The notes: generated by a model not told the origin, from the sequence alone. A DNA stretch of 31,638 nt from Nitrospinota bacterium (GCA_038108555.1 JAYNIA010000029.1:1-31638), one strand, 5' to 3'. Positions 9,677 through 20,115 are shown, counted from the first letter of the stretch. Numbers and translations: made by a program.

Positions 9677-9685
9677 TGCTATAAT
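9677..9685 (+). promoter_or_regulatory. Extended -10 promoter element
   Basis: TGCTATAAT about 37 nt upstream of ATG 9722. Confidence 0.45.
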
Positions 9686-9721
9686 TTCACTATTATTTGA
9701 CACAAATGATTGAGGTTTAGC

Positions 9722-10138
9722 ATGTCACGATTTACCGACAATGGAAACGACACCATTTTAGATACACAAACAGGATTGACCTGGTTCAAAAAAGACTCAC
9801 GCCAGATAATGGGGAAATGGCTGCATCTGGAAAAATCCAGGAAGTTTGCTGACGAGCAAAATGCCGCCAATTTTGGTGGTTATAACGACTGGAGAATCCC
9901 AAAACTGGAAGATATAAAGACTATTTTTGACAAAAGCTTCAGCCAGCGGGATTTTGGAAATAACGAAATACATATTCCGGCTGAGTTTGAACCGAAGGGA
10001 GCCGATTGCACCTGGACAGATACTGTCAATGGGGACCGGGCCATGATGTTCAGTCTGGTCAAGGGCCGTTCGAGCTGGATCAATAAGTTCGGGGAAGGTC
10101 CATTTGCGGTACGATTAGTACGTGGTCCGGATAAGTAA
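9722..10138 (+). CDS. DUF1566 (Lcl C-terminal) domain protein
   Basis: RFTDNGNDTILDTQTGLTW, FGGYNDWRIP, AVRLVR. GAGG RBS precedes ATG 9722. Confidence 0.82.
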   Translation: MSRFTDNGNDTILDTQTGLTWFKKDSRQIMGKWLHLEKSRKFADEQNAANFGGYNDWRIPKLEDIKTIFDKSFSQRDFGNNEIHIPAEFEPKGADCTWTDTVNGDRAMMFSLVKGRSSWINKFGEGPFAVRLVRGPDK

Positions 10139-10149
10139 AATAAGCCGGA

Positions 10150-10503
10150 TCAGTTTTTGGATTCTACAAACATCCAAACAGCCGTAATAACCAGCAACAC
10201 GGCAAACCCCCTCTTGAAGTTTTGCTGCGACACATGTTGTAAAATTTGAGGCCCTATCTGTGCGCCCAAAATCCCGCCAAGTCCCAGAACTAAACCCGTT
10301 TTGAAATCCACATTCCCCAGGCGATAGTGGGCAAAGATGGAAGAAATTGCCACCACTATAATAAAAACGAAAGAAGTCCCCACAGCCAGCTTGGCCTCGC
10401 GTCCCAGAAAGATAAGCAAAGGAACCACCATAAAGCCTCCCCCGAGTCCACTTACGGAGGACAGTATTCCCACAATTAATCCAATTAACGCTAAAGTGAT
10501 CAT
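10150..10503 (-). CDS. TauE/SafE (TSUP) family permease, half-length
   Basis: GLGGGFMVVPLL, AVGTS, GGILGAQIG motifs; about 4 TM segments in 117 aa. Confidence 0.85.
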   Translation of the reverse strand: MITLALIGLIVGILSSVSGLGGGFMVVPLLIFLGREAKLAVGTSFVFIIVVAISSIFAHYRLGNVDFKTGLVLGLGGILGAQIGPQILQHVSQQNFKRGFAVLLVITAVWMFVESKN

Positions 10504-11732
10504 GCCTCACCTCCCTTCTCAACCCATTTTTCTTCAAGCGTGTCCACCACCGCGACACCCACTGAATCTCCCCAAACATTCAAAGTTGTTCGACATCGAT
10601 CCAGAAACCAATCGATAGAAAGCAGCATACCGATTCCCTCTAATGGGAGTCCCACCGCCTGCAGAACCATGACCATGGTTACCAGTCCTGCTTCAGGAAT
10701 TCCTGCTGCGCCAATCCCTGCCAGAGTCGCAGTAATCAGCACAATCATTTGTTCAGCAAATCCCATATCAATCCCCATCATTTGGGCAATAAACATAACC
10801 GCAACAGCCTCATAAAGTGCCGTTCCATTCATATTTACCGTTGCCCCCAGAGGCAAAACGAATAAAGAGGATTTTCGACTGACATTATTATTTAATTCCG
10901 CGCACTCTATAGTCACCGGTAAAGTTGCCGAGCTGCTTGCTGTAGAAAATGCGGTGGTCAATGCCGCTGTTAAGTTTTTAAAATACTGAATAGGATTTCG
11001 CCCTGTTACCAAATACAAAATGGCTGGCAAAACCAATAAACCATGTACAAGAAGAGCCAGGATTACCGTCCAAGCGTATTTGCCGATTTTTGCCAGTTCT
11101 GCAAGAAACAAATCCCCTCCTCCGGCAGCTCCCAGCTTGGATGCAATCAGGGCAAACACTCCAACAGGAGCAAAATACATGAGCAAATGGACAATTTTCA
11201 TAATGGCCGTATTGACCGTATCAAAAAATCCAATCGCCTGTTTGCCTGGCTCCCCCAATGTTGTCAACACACCGCCAAAGACCAGTGAAAAAACAATTAG
11301 CGGAAGGATTTCCATATGGGCCATGGAATGGATTAAATTGGGAGAAACAAAACTCTGTAAAATATCCGTAATTCCTATGGCTTCTTTTCCAGCAACATTC
11401 TCCGGAACTTTTTCTACTGTCATTTCCACCGATGCGCCTGGCTCCAATAGATTGACCATCGCCAGACCAATGCCCACTGCAATACCGGTTGTTGCCATAA
11501 AGTAGAGCAGTGTAACAAATCCCGTTTTCCCAACTTTCCTTATATCTCCCAGACCGGAAATCCCCACAATCATGGAAGAAATAATGAGAGGTACGACCAG
11601 CATTTTCAGGGAATCCAGGAACATATCCCCTATCCAACCCACTGCCACCATGGTTTCGCCAAAAAACCAGCCGCAAAAAATTCCCAATACAATTCCTGCA
11701 ATCATCAAATAAAGCAGTTTGTTACTTTTCAT
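10500..11732 (-). CDS. Dicarboxylate/amino acid:cation symporter (DAACS, GltP/GltT family)
   Basis: LKMLVVPLI, AFSTASSSATLP, LPLGATVNMNGTALYE, DWFLDRCRTTLNVWGD. ATG at 11732 chosen. Confidence 0.93.
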   Translation of the reverse strand: MKSNKLLYLMIAGIVLGIFCGWFFGETMVAVGWIGDMFLDSLKMLVVPLIISSMIVGISGLGDIRKVGKTGFVTLLYFMATTGIAVGIGLAMVNLLEPGASVEMTVEKVPENVAGKEAIGITDILQSFVSPNLIHSMAHMEILPLIVFSLVFGGVLTTLGEPGKQAIGFFDTVNTAIMKIVHLLMYFAPVGVFALIASKLGAAGGGDLFLAELAKIGKYAWTVILALLVHGLLVLPAILYLVTGRNPIQYFKNLTAALTTAFSTASSSATLPVTIECAELNNNVSRKSSLFVLPLGATVNMNGTALYEAVAVMFIAQMMGIDMGFAEQMIVLITATLAGIGAAGIPEAGLVTMVMVLQAVGLPLEGIGMLLSIDWFLDRCRTTLNVWGDSVGVAVVDTLEEKWVEKGGEA

Positions 11733-11850
11733 AAAAATAAACCTAAAAACAAAAAATCTCGGAATTTGGCCAACACCGTTTATAATACAGTTAAACACAT
11801 ACTTTGCAATCGCTAGGACAAAAGAAGACTACCTTTTCAGGAGAGATAAA

Positions 11851-13137
11851 ATGGCAGAAACCGTCACGCTCACATACCAAGGTAAAACGTACGAACTTCC
11901 ACTCCTCGAAGGTTCTGCTGGTGAAAAGGCAATCGATATTACTGCCTTAAGGAAAACCACCGGATTAATCACTTTTGATCCGGGATTTATGAGTACCGGG
12001 TCCTGCAAAAGTGAAATAACTTATCTGGATGGGGAAAAAGGAATTTTACTCTACCGGGGATACCCCATAGAACAGATTGCTGAAAAAAGCTCGTTTATTG
12101 AAACATCCTATCTATTGATTTACGGGGAGCTGCCTACGAAGGAGCAACTGGAATACTTCCAGTACCATATAGTGCATCACTCAATGGTTCATGAGTCTAT
12201 TAAAAATTTCTACGATGGATTTCCCAACAATCCCCATCCCATGGCGGTCTGTAGTGCAGTGGTCGGTTCGCTGGCAACATTTTATCAAAATGAAATTAGC
12301 GTAAGAGACGAAAGGGAAATCGAAATTACCATACATCGGTTGATGGCCAAGTTACCAACCATTGCCGCCTACAGTTACAAAAAATCGATTGGCCTCCCCC
12401 TAACCTATCCCGACAATTCCTTGGGATATGCGGCAAACTTTTTAAAAATGATGTTCTCCCTACCCTGTGAAAAATATGAAATTGATGAAGATGCCGCCCA
12501 GGTTCTGGATGTTTTATTGATTCTTCATGCCGACCACGAACAAAACTGTTCCACAAGCACTGCAAGAATTGTTGGAAGTTCCATGTCCAACCTGTTCGCA
12601 TCGGTTTCGGCTGCCATTTATGCACTTTGGGGTCCACTCCATGGTGGAGCGAATCAGGCAGTGATCGAAATGCTCCAAGAGATCCACGAAAATGGCGGCG
12701 ATGTAGATAAATACGTGGGCAAGGCTAAAGACCCTAACGATCCCTTCCGTTTAATGGGGTTTGGCCATCGGGTTTACAAAAACTTTGATCCCCGCAGCCG
12801 CATCATAAAAAAACTCGCACATAAAATTCTCGACAAACCGGGAAACAAAGAACCCCTTCTTGAACTTGCTCTTAAGCTAGAAGAGATTGCTATCAAGGAC
12901 GACTACTTTGTTGAGAAAAAGCTTTACCCGAACGTAGATTTTTACTCAGGCCTGATTTACAAAGCCCTGAACATTCCAGTAAATATGTTTCCTGTCATGT
13001 TTGCTATGGGGCGGCTCCCAGGTTGGATCGCCCAGTGGAAAGAATTACAGGAAGATGAAAGTTTCAGAATCAGTCGACCCCGACAAATCTATACAGGAGC
13101 TGAGAAAAGAGATTACGTGCCCCTGGAAAACAGGTGA
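11851..13137 (+). CDS. gltA: Citrate synthase (type II-like)
   Basis: DPGFMSTGSC, LHADHEQNCST, LWGPLHGGAN, LMGFGHRVYKNFDPR, LYPNVDFYSG. AGGAG RBS before ATG 11851. Confidence 0.97.
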   Translation: MAETVTLTYQGKTYELPLLEGSAGEKAIDITALRKTTGLITFDPGFMSTGSCKSEITYLDGEKGILLYRGYPIEQIAEKSSFIETSYLLIYGELPTKEQLEYFQYHIVHHSMVHESIKNFYDGFPNNPHPMAVCSAVVGSLATFYQNEISVRDEREIEITIHRLMAKLPTIAAYSYKKSIGLPLTYPDNSLGYAANFLKMMFSLPCEKYEIDEDAAQVLDVLLILHADHEQNCSTSTARIVGSSMSNLFASVSAAIYALWGPLHGGANQAVIEMLQEIHENGGDVDKYVGKAKDPNDPFRLMGFGHRVYKNFDPRSRIIKKLAHKILDKPGNKEPLLELALKLEEIAIKDDYFVEKKLYPNVDFYSGLIYKALNIPVNMFPVMFAMGRLPGWIAQWKELQEDESFRISRPRQIYTGAEKRDYVPLENR

Positions 13138-13232
13138 CCTATTTCTAGAATTGGCTTGAGGAATTAATACTAAACTTTAACAGGAAAAATTTTCGAAAGG
13201 AAAGTGAGTCAAGTAACGGCTGGGGATTTTGC

Positions 13233-13553
13233 TCAGGCCTGTTCTATGGTACAGGTAAAAGGAAACTCTTCCATTGCAGCAGCCCGGTGAACCTGCTCAA
13301 CCTTGAATTCTGCTTGTTCAAGCGGCAGGGTGGCAACCGTTGCAGCTCCCTGGAGATGAATTTCGTACATTAGCTTTTCAGCCGTAGAGTATTCTTTACC
13401 CAGCAGGGTGATTAGAATACGAATGACGAATTCCATGGTGGTGACATTATCATCCCACATAATTATTTTATACATGGGGAGATAAGCTCGATCTGTTCTC
13501 CCTTCAGATTCTTCAACCACCCCGGGAGATAGGGGTAATGCTTCAGTACTCAT
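13233..13553 (-). CDS. clpS: ATP-dependent Clp protease adaptor ClpS
   Basis: PMYKIIMWDDNVTTMEFVI, LMYEIHLQG, AEFKVEQV, FPFTCTIE. Confidence 0.9.
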   Translation of the reverse strand: MSTEALPLSPGVVEESEGRTDRAYLPMYKIIMWDDNVTTMEFVIRILITLLGKEYSTAEKLMYEIHLQGAATVATLPLEQAEFKVEQVHRAAAMEEFPFTCTIEQA

Positions 13554-13676
13554 AACAAAATTTCAAAAATTAAACAAAAAACTGGTTTGGATACATATAT
13601 ATACCAAACAATACACTTAAAAATATAATATAAAAATTTCCGGCTATTTCAAAATTTTTTCAAACCGAGAGCCCCC

Positions 13677-14546
13677 ATGCCATTCACCGGAAAGCGATAC
13701 CACCCATTTTGGGCCATTGTTTTTACCCTATTTGGGCTAATTATAGCCAATCCTTATGGCCCGTCAGCTGCAGAAAATGAAAGCGATACGGGAAAATACT
13801 TTAACTTCAAATCCCGGGGAGATATCACCCGTTTTGAAGGGGAAATACTAAATTACAATATTAGTTTCCTCTGGTTTGAAAATGCAGCCACCGCCCAGGT
13901 ACATTTTTTCAAAAAGAGAAACCGATATTATTCAACTCTGGAAGCAAGCACCAAAGGGTTCGTAGGATTTTTCACATCTTACCGCAAACATTTCTATGAG
14001 ACAGAATTTGAGCTGGTTGATAACAATAAAAGTCTTCGTCCCTTATCGTTTCTACGAAAAGTAACCATAGGGGATCATGCTGAAACAACCCGGCATAAAT
14101 TTAATTACGCGGAAAAAAAACACTATTGGTTCAATTATGTAGATGAAGAGGAAATAGAATCAGGAGTTAACGATATTCCGACTGAAAAGGGTTTTCATGA
14201 TATTTTGACTGCGTTTTACAATGTTCGAAACGGAAGCTATGGCCCCCTGGAAAAAGGCAATAGTTTTAAAATTAAAACCATCCCCGAAAAAGGACACGAT
14301 GAAATATCAGTCCACGTTTGGTCTCAGGAAGAAGAAGAAAAATTCCGCGAAGAAGAAGGGCGGAAAAAAAACGATGAATTGTTGCTGAATATCAAAGTTC
14401 CCAAGGAAATTTTCAAGACAGAAACGGGGGAACTGATGGTTTGGAGTTCCACCCATTATATACCGGTAGAAACCACCGTGAAGGATTACATCCTACTCGG
14501 GGATTTACACGCTATTTTTACGCATCGGGAAATTTCCCTGCGCTAA
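13677..14546 (+). CDS. Exported protein, DUF3108-like
   Basis: Signal peptide; GEILNYNISFLWF, FHDILTAFYNVR and WSS..YIPV patterns typical of DUF3108-type beta proteins. Confidence 0.6.
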   Translation: MPFTGKRYHPFWAIVFTLFGLIIANPYGPSAAENESDTGKYFNFKSRGDITRFEGEILNYNISFLWFENAATAQVHFFKKRNRYYSTLEASTKGFVGFFTSYRKHFYETEFELVDNNKSLRPLSFLRKVTIGDHAETTRHKFNYAEKKHYWFNYVDEEEIESGVNDIPTEKGFHDILTAFYNVRNGSYGPLEKGNSFKIKTIPEKGHDEISVHVWSQEEEEKFREEEGRKKNDELLLNIKVPKEIFKTETGELMVWSSTHYIPVETTVKDYILLGDLHAIFTHREISLR

Positions 14547-14559
14547 CCCTTTCTATTTT

Positions 14560-14904
14560 TCAAACATCAAAGGCAGGTACAGGAGGGTCTTGCCAAAGGT
14601 TGACTTCGGTGGTCTCATCAAGAGTCACCGCTCCCCATTTCACCACATAAGGGTCTTCACCTTCGCATTGATAATCGACGGTAATCTTATCTATATCCCA
14701 TTTTCCTTTTTCAGGTCCCACCAAAGTCAAACTATGAGCGAAACTGTTGACATCAAAACTTCCCTCAAAAATCGAGTCGGGTTCGTTGGAGCCAATCACA
14801 TTTTCAAAAGGCATCTTGTGTCCATTGAAATTAAAGTTCACGGTTTCGTTGGGACCCTGCTTTCCCGTTTCTATATTTACTTTAAAAGTCAGTACTCGTG
14901 GCAT
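14560..14904 (-). CDS. Hypothetical small beta-rich protein
   Basis: 114-aa ORF with GAGG RBS, 7 nt downstream of the Nfu gene; alternating beta-strand pattern. Confidence 0.75.
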   Translation of the reverse strand: MPRVLTFKVNIETGKQGPNETVNFNFNGHKMPFENVIGSNEPDSIFEGSFDVNSFAHSLTLVGPEKGKWDIDKITVDYQCEGEDPYVVKWGAVTLDETTEVNLWQDPPVPAFDV

Positions 14905-14911
14905 TTTATCC

Positions 14912-15718
14912 TCATGAAAAATACGGATTCAAACCCGCAGTGTGATCGGTTTCGTCAAATATGGCCCCAACCTCAGGGACTGCCTTTCGGAACGAGGTAT
15001 GGATTCCCTGCTTCAAAGTAAGGTCAGCCGCACTACACCCCTGGCAACCACCTCCCATTTGAATGGTCACCGAATTTCCTTTGACTGAAAGGAGGTTTAT
15101 TTGTCCACCATGCCCGGCAACACCGGGATTCACTTCTTCATCAATTACTTTTTGAATTCCCGCCCGAATTACTTCTTCCGTGGGGATAGAAGAAATTATT
15201 TTTTCTGCAATTAGGGGCCTGCCCTCTTCCAATGCACCTCGAATGGCACCCCCAATTTCTTTTGCCAGAGGTACCCAGTCAATCAGGGTTTTATCTTTAC
15301 GCGTAACGGTAACGGTAGATTCACAAACCAATACTGTTTCTACGTCATCCAAAGAAAAAAGGGATTCTGCAAGAGATGATTCAGCTGCACTTTCAAAGCT
15401 GTCGAAATACCAGGAGCAATCCGCCATAAGTACCCGGTTCACGGTGAACATGCATTGGTCCCCAGTGGGAGAAGGTTGGGCTTTAATTAAAATCTGTTCA
15501 GATTCTTCTGGAAAAACACTGTCCTTAAGCGCAGGCGCATGTATAACAGTACGGGGTGCAGGTGGAGCGTCAGAAAATGCTGTCGCGCTTTCCGTCGGCT
15601 CTGGTGCAGGTGATGGATTCGGCTCTATTTTTTCCGAAACGCTTTCTACAGGTTTAACAGGCTCAGAAACAGATTCTTCTTGTTTCATTCCTGAAAAAAA
15701 ACGTTTAATAAAATTCAA
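14912..15718 (-). CDS. Nfu/NifU-type Fe-S cluster carrier (Nfu N-terminal scaffold plus NifU C-terminal domain)
   Basis: EVNPGVAGHGG and MGGGCQGC (CxxC); upstream PSPTG..SSLAESLF..VTVTRK..DW resembles Nfu_N. TTG start with AGGAGA RBS. Confidence 0.9.
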   Translation of the reverse strand: MNFIKRFFSGMKQEESVSEPVKPVESVSEKIEPNPSPAPEPTESATAFSDAPPAPRTVIHAPALKDSVFPEESEQILIKAQPSPTGDQCMFTVNRVLMADCSWYFDSFESAAESSLAESLFSLDDVETVLVCESTVTVTRKDKTLIDWVPLAKEIGGAIRGALEEGRPLIAEKIISSIPTEEVIRAGIQKVIDEEVNPGVAGHGGQINLLSVKGNSVTIQMGGGCQGCSAADLTLKQGIHTSFRKAVPEVGAIFDETDHTAGLNPYFS

Positions 15719-15906
15719 TGGAATATCTCCTATTAATTTTTCTTAAATTATATAACGCTTTATTCTTCATATAGATGCACAAAACACCAAAAAGTAGCAG
15801 TTTTACGAAGGAATATAACCAGATTCAGGATAAAATCCTTTTTTGCAGGGAGTTACGCGGACCACTTTAAGCATTTATCAGGACAACCCTTTGTCCAAAT
15901 AAATTT

Positions 15907-16281
15907 TCAGGAAATTTGAAAGGCATTTTCAAGCAATTCAATGTTAAAGCCTTTTGAGTTTTGCGGATCGATGGTCAATCCAATCACATCGAATCTTGCC
16001 TTATTTTCCACCAATCGATGTTTGACAAGGTAGGTTTGTGCGACCTGAATTATTTTTTTCTGTTTGGCTGGGGTTATTGCATTGAAAGGGTGACCAAACT
16101 GGTGATCCAATCTTGATTTCACTTCAATAAAAACTACTGTTGTATCTTTTTCGGCAATGATATCAATCTCACCGAGTTTGGAGCGAAAATTAGTTTCTAA
16201 AATTCGATAGCCTTTCTTTTTTAAATAGGCCACCGCTGCTTCTTCCCCTTCTCGTCCAAGCTTCAGTCTTTTTTCAGTCAT
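15907..16281 (-). CDS. yraN: YraN family (UPF0102) PD-(D/E)XK-like protein
   Basis: LGREGEEAAVAYL..KGYRIL..NFR...GEIDIIA, VFIEVKSR, RFDVI. Confidence 0.93.
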   Translation of the reverse strand: MTEKRLKLGREGEEAAVAYLKKKGYRILETNFRSKLGEIDIIAEKDTTVVFIEVKSRLDHQFGHPFNAITPAKQKKIIQVAQTYLVKHRLVENKARFDVIGLTIDPQNSKGFNIELLENAFQIS

Positions 16282-16293
16282 GCAGAGCCATCA

Positions 16294-18987
16294 TCAATGG
16301 GCGTCATGCCAGTTTTTCCCCCACCCCATATCCACCACCAGAGGAACTTTGAGGGTAAGAACTCCTTCCATTTCCTTTTTGACAAGATTACGCATTTCCT
16401 TCTCTTCCTTGGGTGGACATTCGAACAACAATTCATCATGTACTTGAAGAATCATTCGAGATTTCAATTTCCTTTTACTTATTTCATTATCTAAATTAAT
16501 CATTGCAAGCTTAATCAGGTCTGCCGCACTCCCCTGGACCGGAGAGTTGATAGCCACTCTTTCTGCCGCTTCCCTTGCCTGCCTGTTCTTGCTATTGAGA
16601 TCCGGCAAAAACCGTTTTCGGTTCATCAACGTCAGGGTGTAGCCGGATTTCCGAGCCTCTTCCACAGTCTTTTCCATATAAACTTTTACGTTTTTATAAA
16701 GGTCGAAATATTGATCGATAAACTTTTTTGCATCTTTCGGGAAAATTTTTAATTGCCTCGACAATCCAAAAGCACTCAACCCATATACAATCCCGAAGTT
16801 GACCGCCTTTGCCATCCGCCTCGCTTCTGCATCCAAACGTTCGGCTTTCGTTCCAAAAATTTCAACTGCGGTTCGTGTGTGAATATCTTCTCCATCTACA
16901 AAAGCTTCTATCAGGGACTCGTCCTCAGACAAATGCGCAAGTATTCTCAATTCGATTTGAGAATAGTCAGCGGACAAAAGCATATTGTCCCCTTCGGCAA
17001 TAAAAGATTTACGAATTTCCCTCCCCATTTCTGTACGAATGGGAATATTCTGCAGATTCGGATTGCTACTACTCAAACGGCCTGTAGCCGCCACCGACTG
17101 ATTGAAGGAGGTATGCACACGACCTGTCTTGTTGTATATTTCTTCCTGCAACGCATCCACATAGGTCGATTTTAATTTCCCCAATTGCCGGTACAAAAGA
17201 ATAATTTCCGGGAGGTCATGTTCCGCAGCAAGTTCCTCCAGCACGGATACGTCTGTGGAATAACCGCTTTTGGTTTTCTTAATAACCGGCAACTCCAGCT
17301 TCTCAAACAATATCACCGACAGTTGCTTGGGAGAGTTGATATTAAATTTCTCTCCTGCCAAATCATAAATCTCCTCCTCTTTCTCTTTAAGCAAATGATG
17401 GATTTTCTGGGAAAGTTTTTGCAGATGGGATTTATCCAAAGCCATTCCCTGTAATTCCATGCCTCCCAAAACCTGAAGAAGTGGCAACTCCATTTCTTCA
17501 AAGATTTTTAAATCATCTCCCTTCAATAGACCGGAAAGCTTCTCATACAAACGCCAGGTAATATCTGAGTCTTCCGCTGCATATTCGGTGGCACGCTCCA
17601 CATCCACCTCATCGAAACCTATTTCTTTTGAAGCGGTTCCAACTACATCCTTATACTTGATAGTAGTGTAGCCAAAATGCTCCAATGCCAGAGCATCCAT
17701 ATTGTGTCCTCGACCGGAAGGATTCAAAACATAGGAAGCAAGCATCGTGTCAAATACGATCCCTTGAAGATCGATTCCTTCATTTTTTAAAACGATGTAA
17801 TCGTATTTAATGTTTTGGCCCACTTTTTTTATTTTGGGGTCTTCTAGTATAGGTTTGAGTTTTTCAAAAACCCATTCCACCCTCAACTGTTCGGGAACCC
17901 CAAGATAGTTATGAGCCAGAGGAATATAGCAAGCCTCCCCGGCTTCACATGAAAAAGAAATTCCTACCGCTTTTGCCTGTACCGGTCGCAAGCTGGTGGT
18001 TTCCAAATCCAGGGCGAAAATTTTATTTTTCTTTAGCTTCTTTATCCATTTATTGAAATCTTTTTCCGTCAAAACCGTTTCGTAATTTTTTTTGACCGGT
18101 TTCGTTTCCTCTTGAGGCTCTTCAGTTCTTCCACCTAATCCTTCCAGCATTGAGGAAAATTCAAACTCTGTAAAAAACTTTCTTAAATCTTCATTTTTCG
18201 CAGGGCGAACCTTCAAATCCTCCAGTTCGCAATCCAGTTTCATGGCCGTGTCAATCGTAACCAGCTTTCGACTCAAGAGGGCGAGCTCTTTGTCCTGAAC
18301 CAGTTTCTCTTTCAGTTTCTTCTTGTCTATTTCATCAATACTTTTATAAAGCCCCTCAATCGAACCATATTTTTGGATAAGGTCCGTGGCGGTTTTGGGT
18401 CCTACACCCTTAACTCCTGGGATATGGTCGCTGGAGTCCCCCATCAAACCCATAACTTCGATTACTTTTTCTGGAGGCACGCCAAACTTTTCTTCCACCT
18501 GCTCAACACCAATCCACTTGTTCTTCATAGTATCCAGCATTTTGATTTCAGGGGTTACCAATTGCATCATGTCTTTATCGCCACTGACAATAACCACACG
18601 GTAGCCTGCCTTTGCACCTTTCGCTGCAAGGGTTCCGATGATGTCATCGGCCTCGAATCCTGGAACACGAAGACTGGAAATGTTAAAAGCATCGACTAAC
18701 GGTTCGAAATAAGGGAATTGTTTCGCCAGATCTTCGGGAGGGGCATCTCGATTGGCTTTGTAGTCCGAATAAATATCATGGCGGAAGGTTTTTTCCTTAC
18801 TGTCAAACGCTACACATAAATAATCCGGCTTCTCATCTCTAACCACCTTTTGCAGCATGGTGATGAATCCGTATAAGGCATTTGTGGGAAATCCTTTGGA
18901 TGTCGACAGGAACTGTCTGATCCCAAAATAGGCACGAAAAATATAGGAAGAACCGTCAATTATGTATAAAGATTTGGATTTTTTCAT
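16294..18987 (-). CDS. polA: DNA polymerase I
   Basis: 5'-3' exonuclease (IIDGSSYIFRAY, EADDIIGT), 3'-5' exonuclease (ALDLET), polymerase motifs ADYSQIELR, AKAVNFGIVYG, LQVHDEL. Confidence 0.99.
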   Translation of the reverse strand: MKKSKSLYIIDGSSYIFRAYFGIRQFLSTSKGFPTNALYGFITMLQKVVRDEKPDYLCVAFDSKEKTFRHDIYSDYKANRDAPPEDLAKQFPYFEPLVDAFNISSLRVPGFEADDIIGTLAAKGAKAGYRVVIVSGDKDMMQLVTPEIKMLDTMKNKWIGVEQVEEKFGVPPEKVIEVMGLMGDSSDHIPGVKGVGPKTATDLIQKYGSIEGLYKSIDEIDKKKLKEKLVQDKELALLSRKLVTIDTAMKLDCELEDLKVRPAKNEDLRKFFTEFEFSSMLEGLGGRTEEPQEETKPVKKNYETVLTEKDFNKWIKKLKKNKIFALDLETTSLRPVQAKAVGISFSCEAGEACYIPLAHNYLGVPEQLRVEWVFEKLKPILEDPKIKKVGQNIKYDYIVLKNEGIDLQGIVFDTMLASYVLNPSGRGHNMDALALEHFGYTTIKYKDVVGTASKEIGFDEVDVERATEYAAEDSDITWRLYEKLSGLLKGDDLKIFEEMELPLLQVLGGMELQGMALDKSHLQKLSQKIHHLLKEKEEEIYDLAGEKFNINSPKQLSVILFEKLELPVIKKTKSGYSTDVSVLEELAAEHDLPEIILLYRQLGKLKSTYVDALQEEIYNKTGRVHTSFNQSVAATGRLSSSNPNLQNIPIRTEMGREIRKSFIAEGDNMLLSADYSQIELRILAHLSEDESLIEAFVDGEDIHTRTAVEIFGTKAERLDAEARRMAKAVNFGIVYGLSAFGLSRQLKIFPKDAKKFIDQYFDLYKNVKVYMEKTVEEARKSGYTLTLMNRKRFLPDLNSKNRQAREAAERVAINSPVQGSAADLIKLAMINLDNEISKRKLKSRMILQVHDELLFECPPKEEKEMRNLVKKEMEGVLTLKVPLVVDMGWGKNWHDAH

Positions 18988-19125
18988 TAAGCACTCGAAT
19001 CAAATTTTGAAGCCCCAAGTATAAAGTCGCGCCTTTACCGTGTCTAATCATTTGTGCTATGATAATACCTTTAAGTATCCTTAAACTTATTGAATTAAAA
19101 GGCTTAAACAAGCTCTTCCCATACC

Positions 19126-20115
19126 ATGAATACCGGTTCTTCCGTGGAAAACAAATCACAAACAATAATCGACTCGGCTCAGCGAGCACTGAAAATTGAA
19201 AGCAAGGCCATTGAGGAATTAGTCGGCCGGATCGATGAAAGTTTTGTCAATGTGGTTCATCATATCGACCAATGTCAGCATCTTGTGGTAACCGGCATGG
19301 GAAAGTCCGGAATTATTGGTAAAAAAATAGCATCCACATTTTCAAGTCTTGGTTTGCCGACCCTGTTTTTACATGCTGCCGAGGCGAGTCACGGTGACCT
19401 GGGAATGATAATGGAAAACGATACTGTAATCGCCATTTCAAACAGTGGGGAAACAGAGGAAGTTTTAAAACTCCTCCCCTCTTTTAAAAGAATCAATTGC
19501 ACCCTGGTAGCCATTACAGGAAAAACCTCATCGACCCTGGCCAAATGCAGCGACTTTGTTTTAAATGTCCACGTTCAGGAAGAAGCTTGTTCTAAAGATC
19601 TGGTTCCCACTGCAAGCACAACTGCAACGCTGGCTTTAGGAGATGCTCTTGCGGTCTCCCTTATGGAACTGAGGGGATTTCAGGAAGAGGATTTCGCCCA
19701 AAACCATCCGGGGGGTAGCTTGGGACGGCGTCTATTAACTACGGTAGAGGACCTGATGCACTCGGGCGATGAAATCCCAATCGTATCAAAAGATGCTCCT
19801 TCCTCTATCGTTCTCGGAGAAATTTCTAAAAAACGTCTGGGAGTCACTTTGGTAACAGATCAGGAGGACAACCTGAAAGGTTTAGTTACCGATGGTGACC
19901 TGCGGCGAATTATCGAAAAAGGAAAAGATATTTCAGTAATGAAAGCATCCGATATGATGGTTGAAAACCCCAAGACCATTACCAAAGAAACTCTTGCAGC
20001 AAAAGCGGTACAAATAATGGAAGAACATTCAATCACCTCATTGATTGTTTCAAATAATAATAAAATTGAAGGCATCATTCACCTTCACGACATACTAAAG
20101 GCAGGGGTGGCTTGA
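19126..20115 (+). CDS. kdsD: KpsF/GutQ family arabinose-5-phosphate isomerase (SIS plus 2 CBS domains)
   Basis: TGMGKSG, EASHGDLG, SNSGET, PTASTT, NHPGGSLG, TDGDLRR, HLHDILKAG. Confidence 0.93.
   Translation: MNTGSSVENKSQTIIDSAQRALKIESKAIEELVGRIDESFVNVVHHIDQCQHLVVTGMGKSGIIGKKIASTFSSLGLPTLFLHAAEASHGDLGMIMENDTVIAISNSGETEEVLKLLPSFKRINCTLVAITGKTSSTLAKCSDFVLNVHVQEEACSKDLVPTASTTATLALGDALAVSLMELRGFQEEDFAQNHPGGSLGRRLLTTVEDLMHSGDEIPIVSKDAPSSIVLGEISKKRLGVTLVTDQEDNLKGLVTDGDLRRIIEKGKDISVMKASDMMVENPKTITKETLAAKAVQIMEEHSITSLIVSNNNKIEGIIHLHDILKAGVA

Noticed and set aside
11719..11850. Extended N-termini of gltA (from 11719) and DAACS (from 11798) in the ORF track
   Set aside because: They would overlap divergently; the downstream ATGs (11851 with AGGAG, and 11732) fit better.
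15180..15746. 188-aa plus-strand ORF and similar short ORFs overlapping polA, DAACS, the FGE gene and others
   Set aside because: They are antisense or out-of-frame shadows of well-supported genes.
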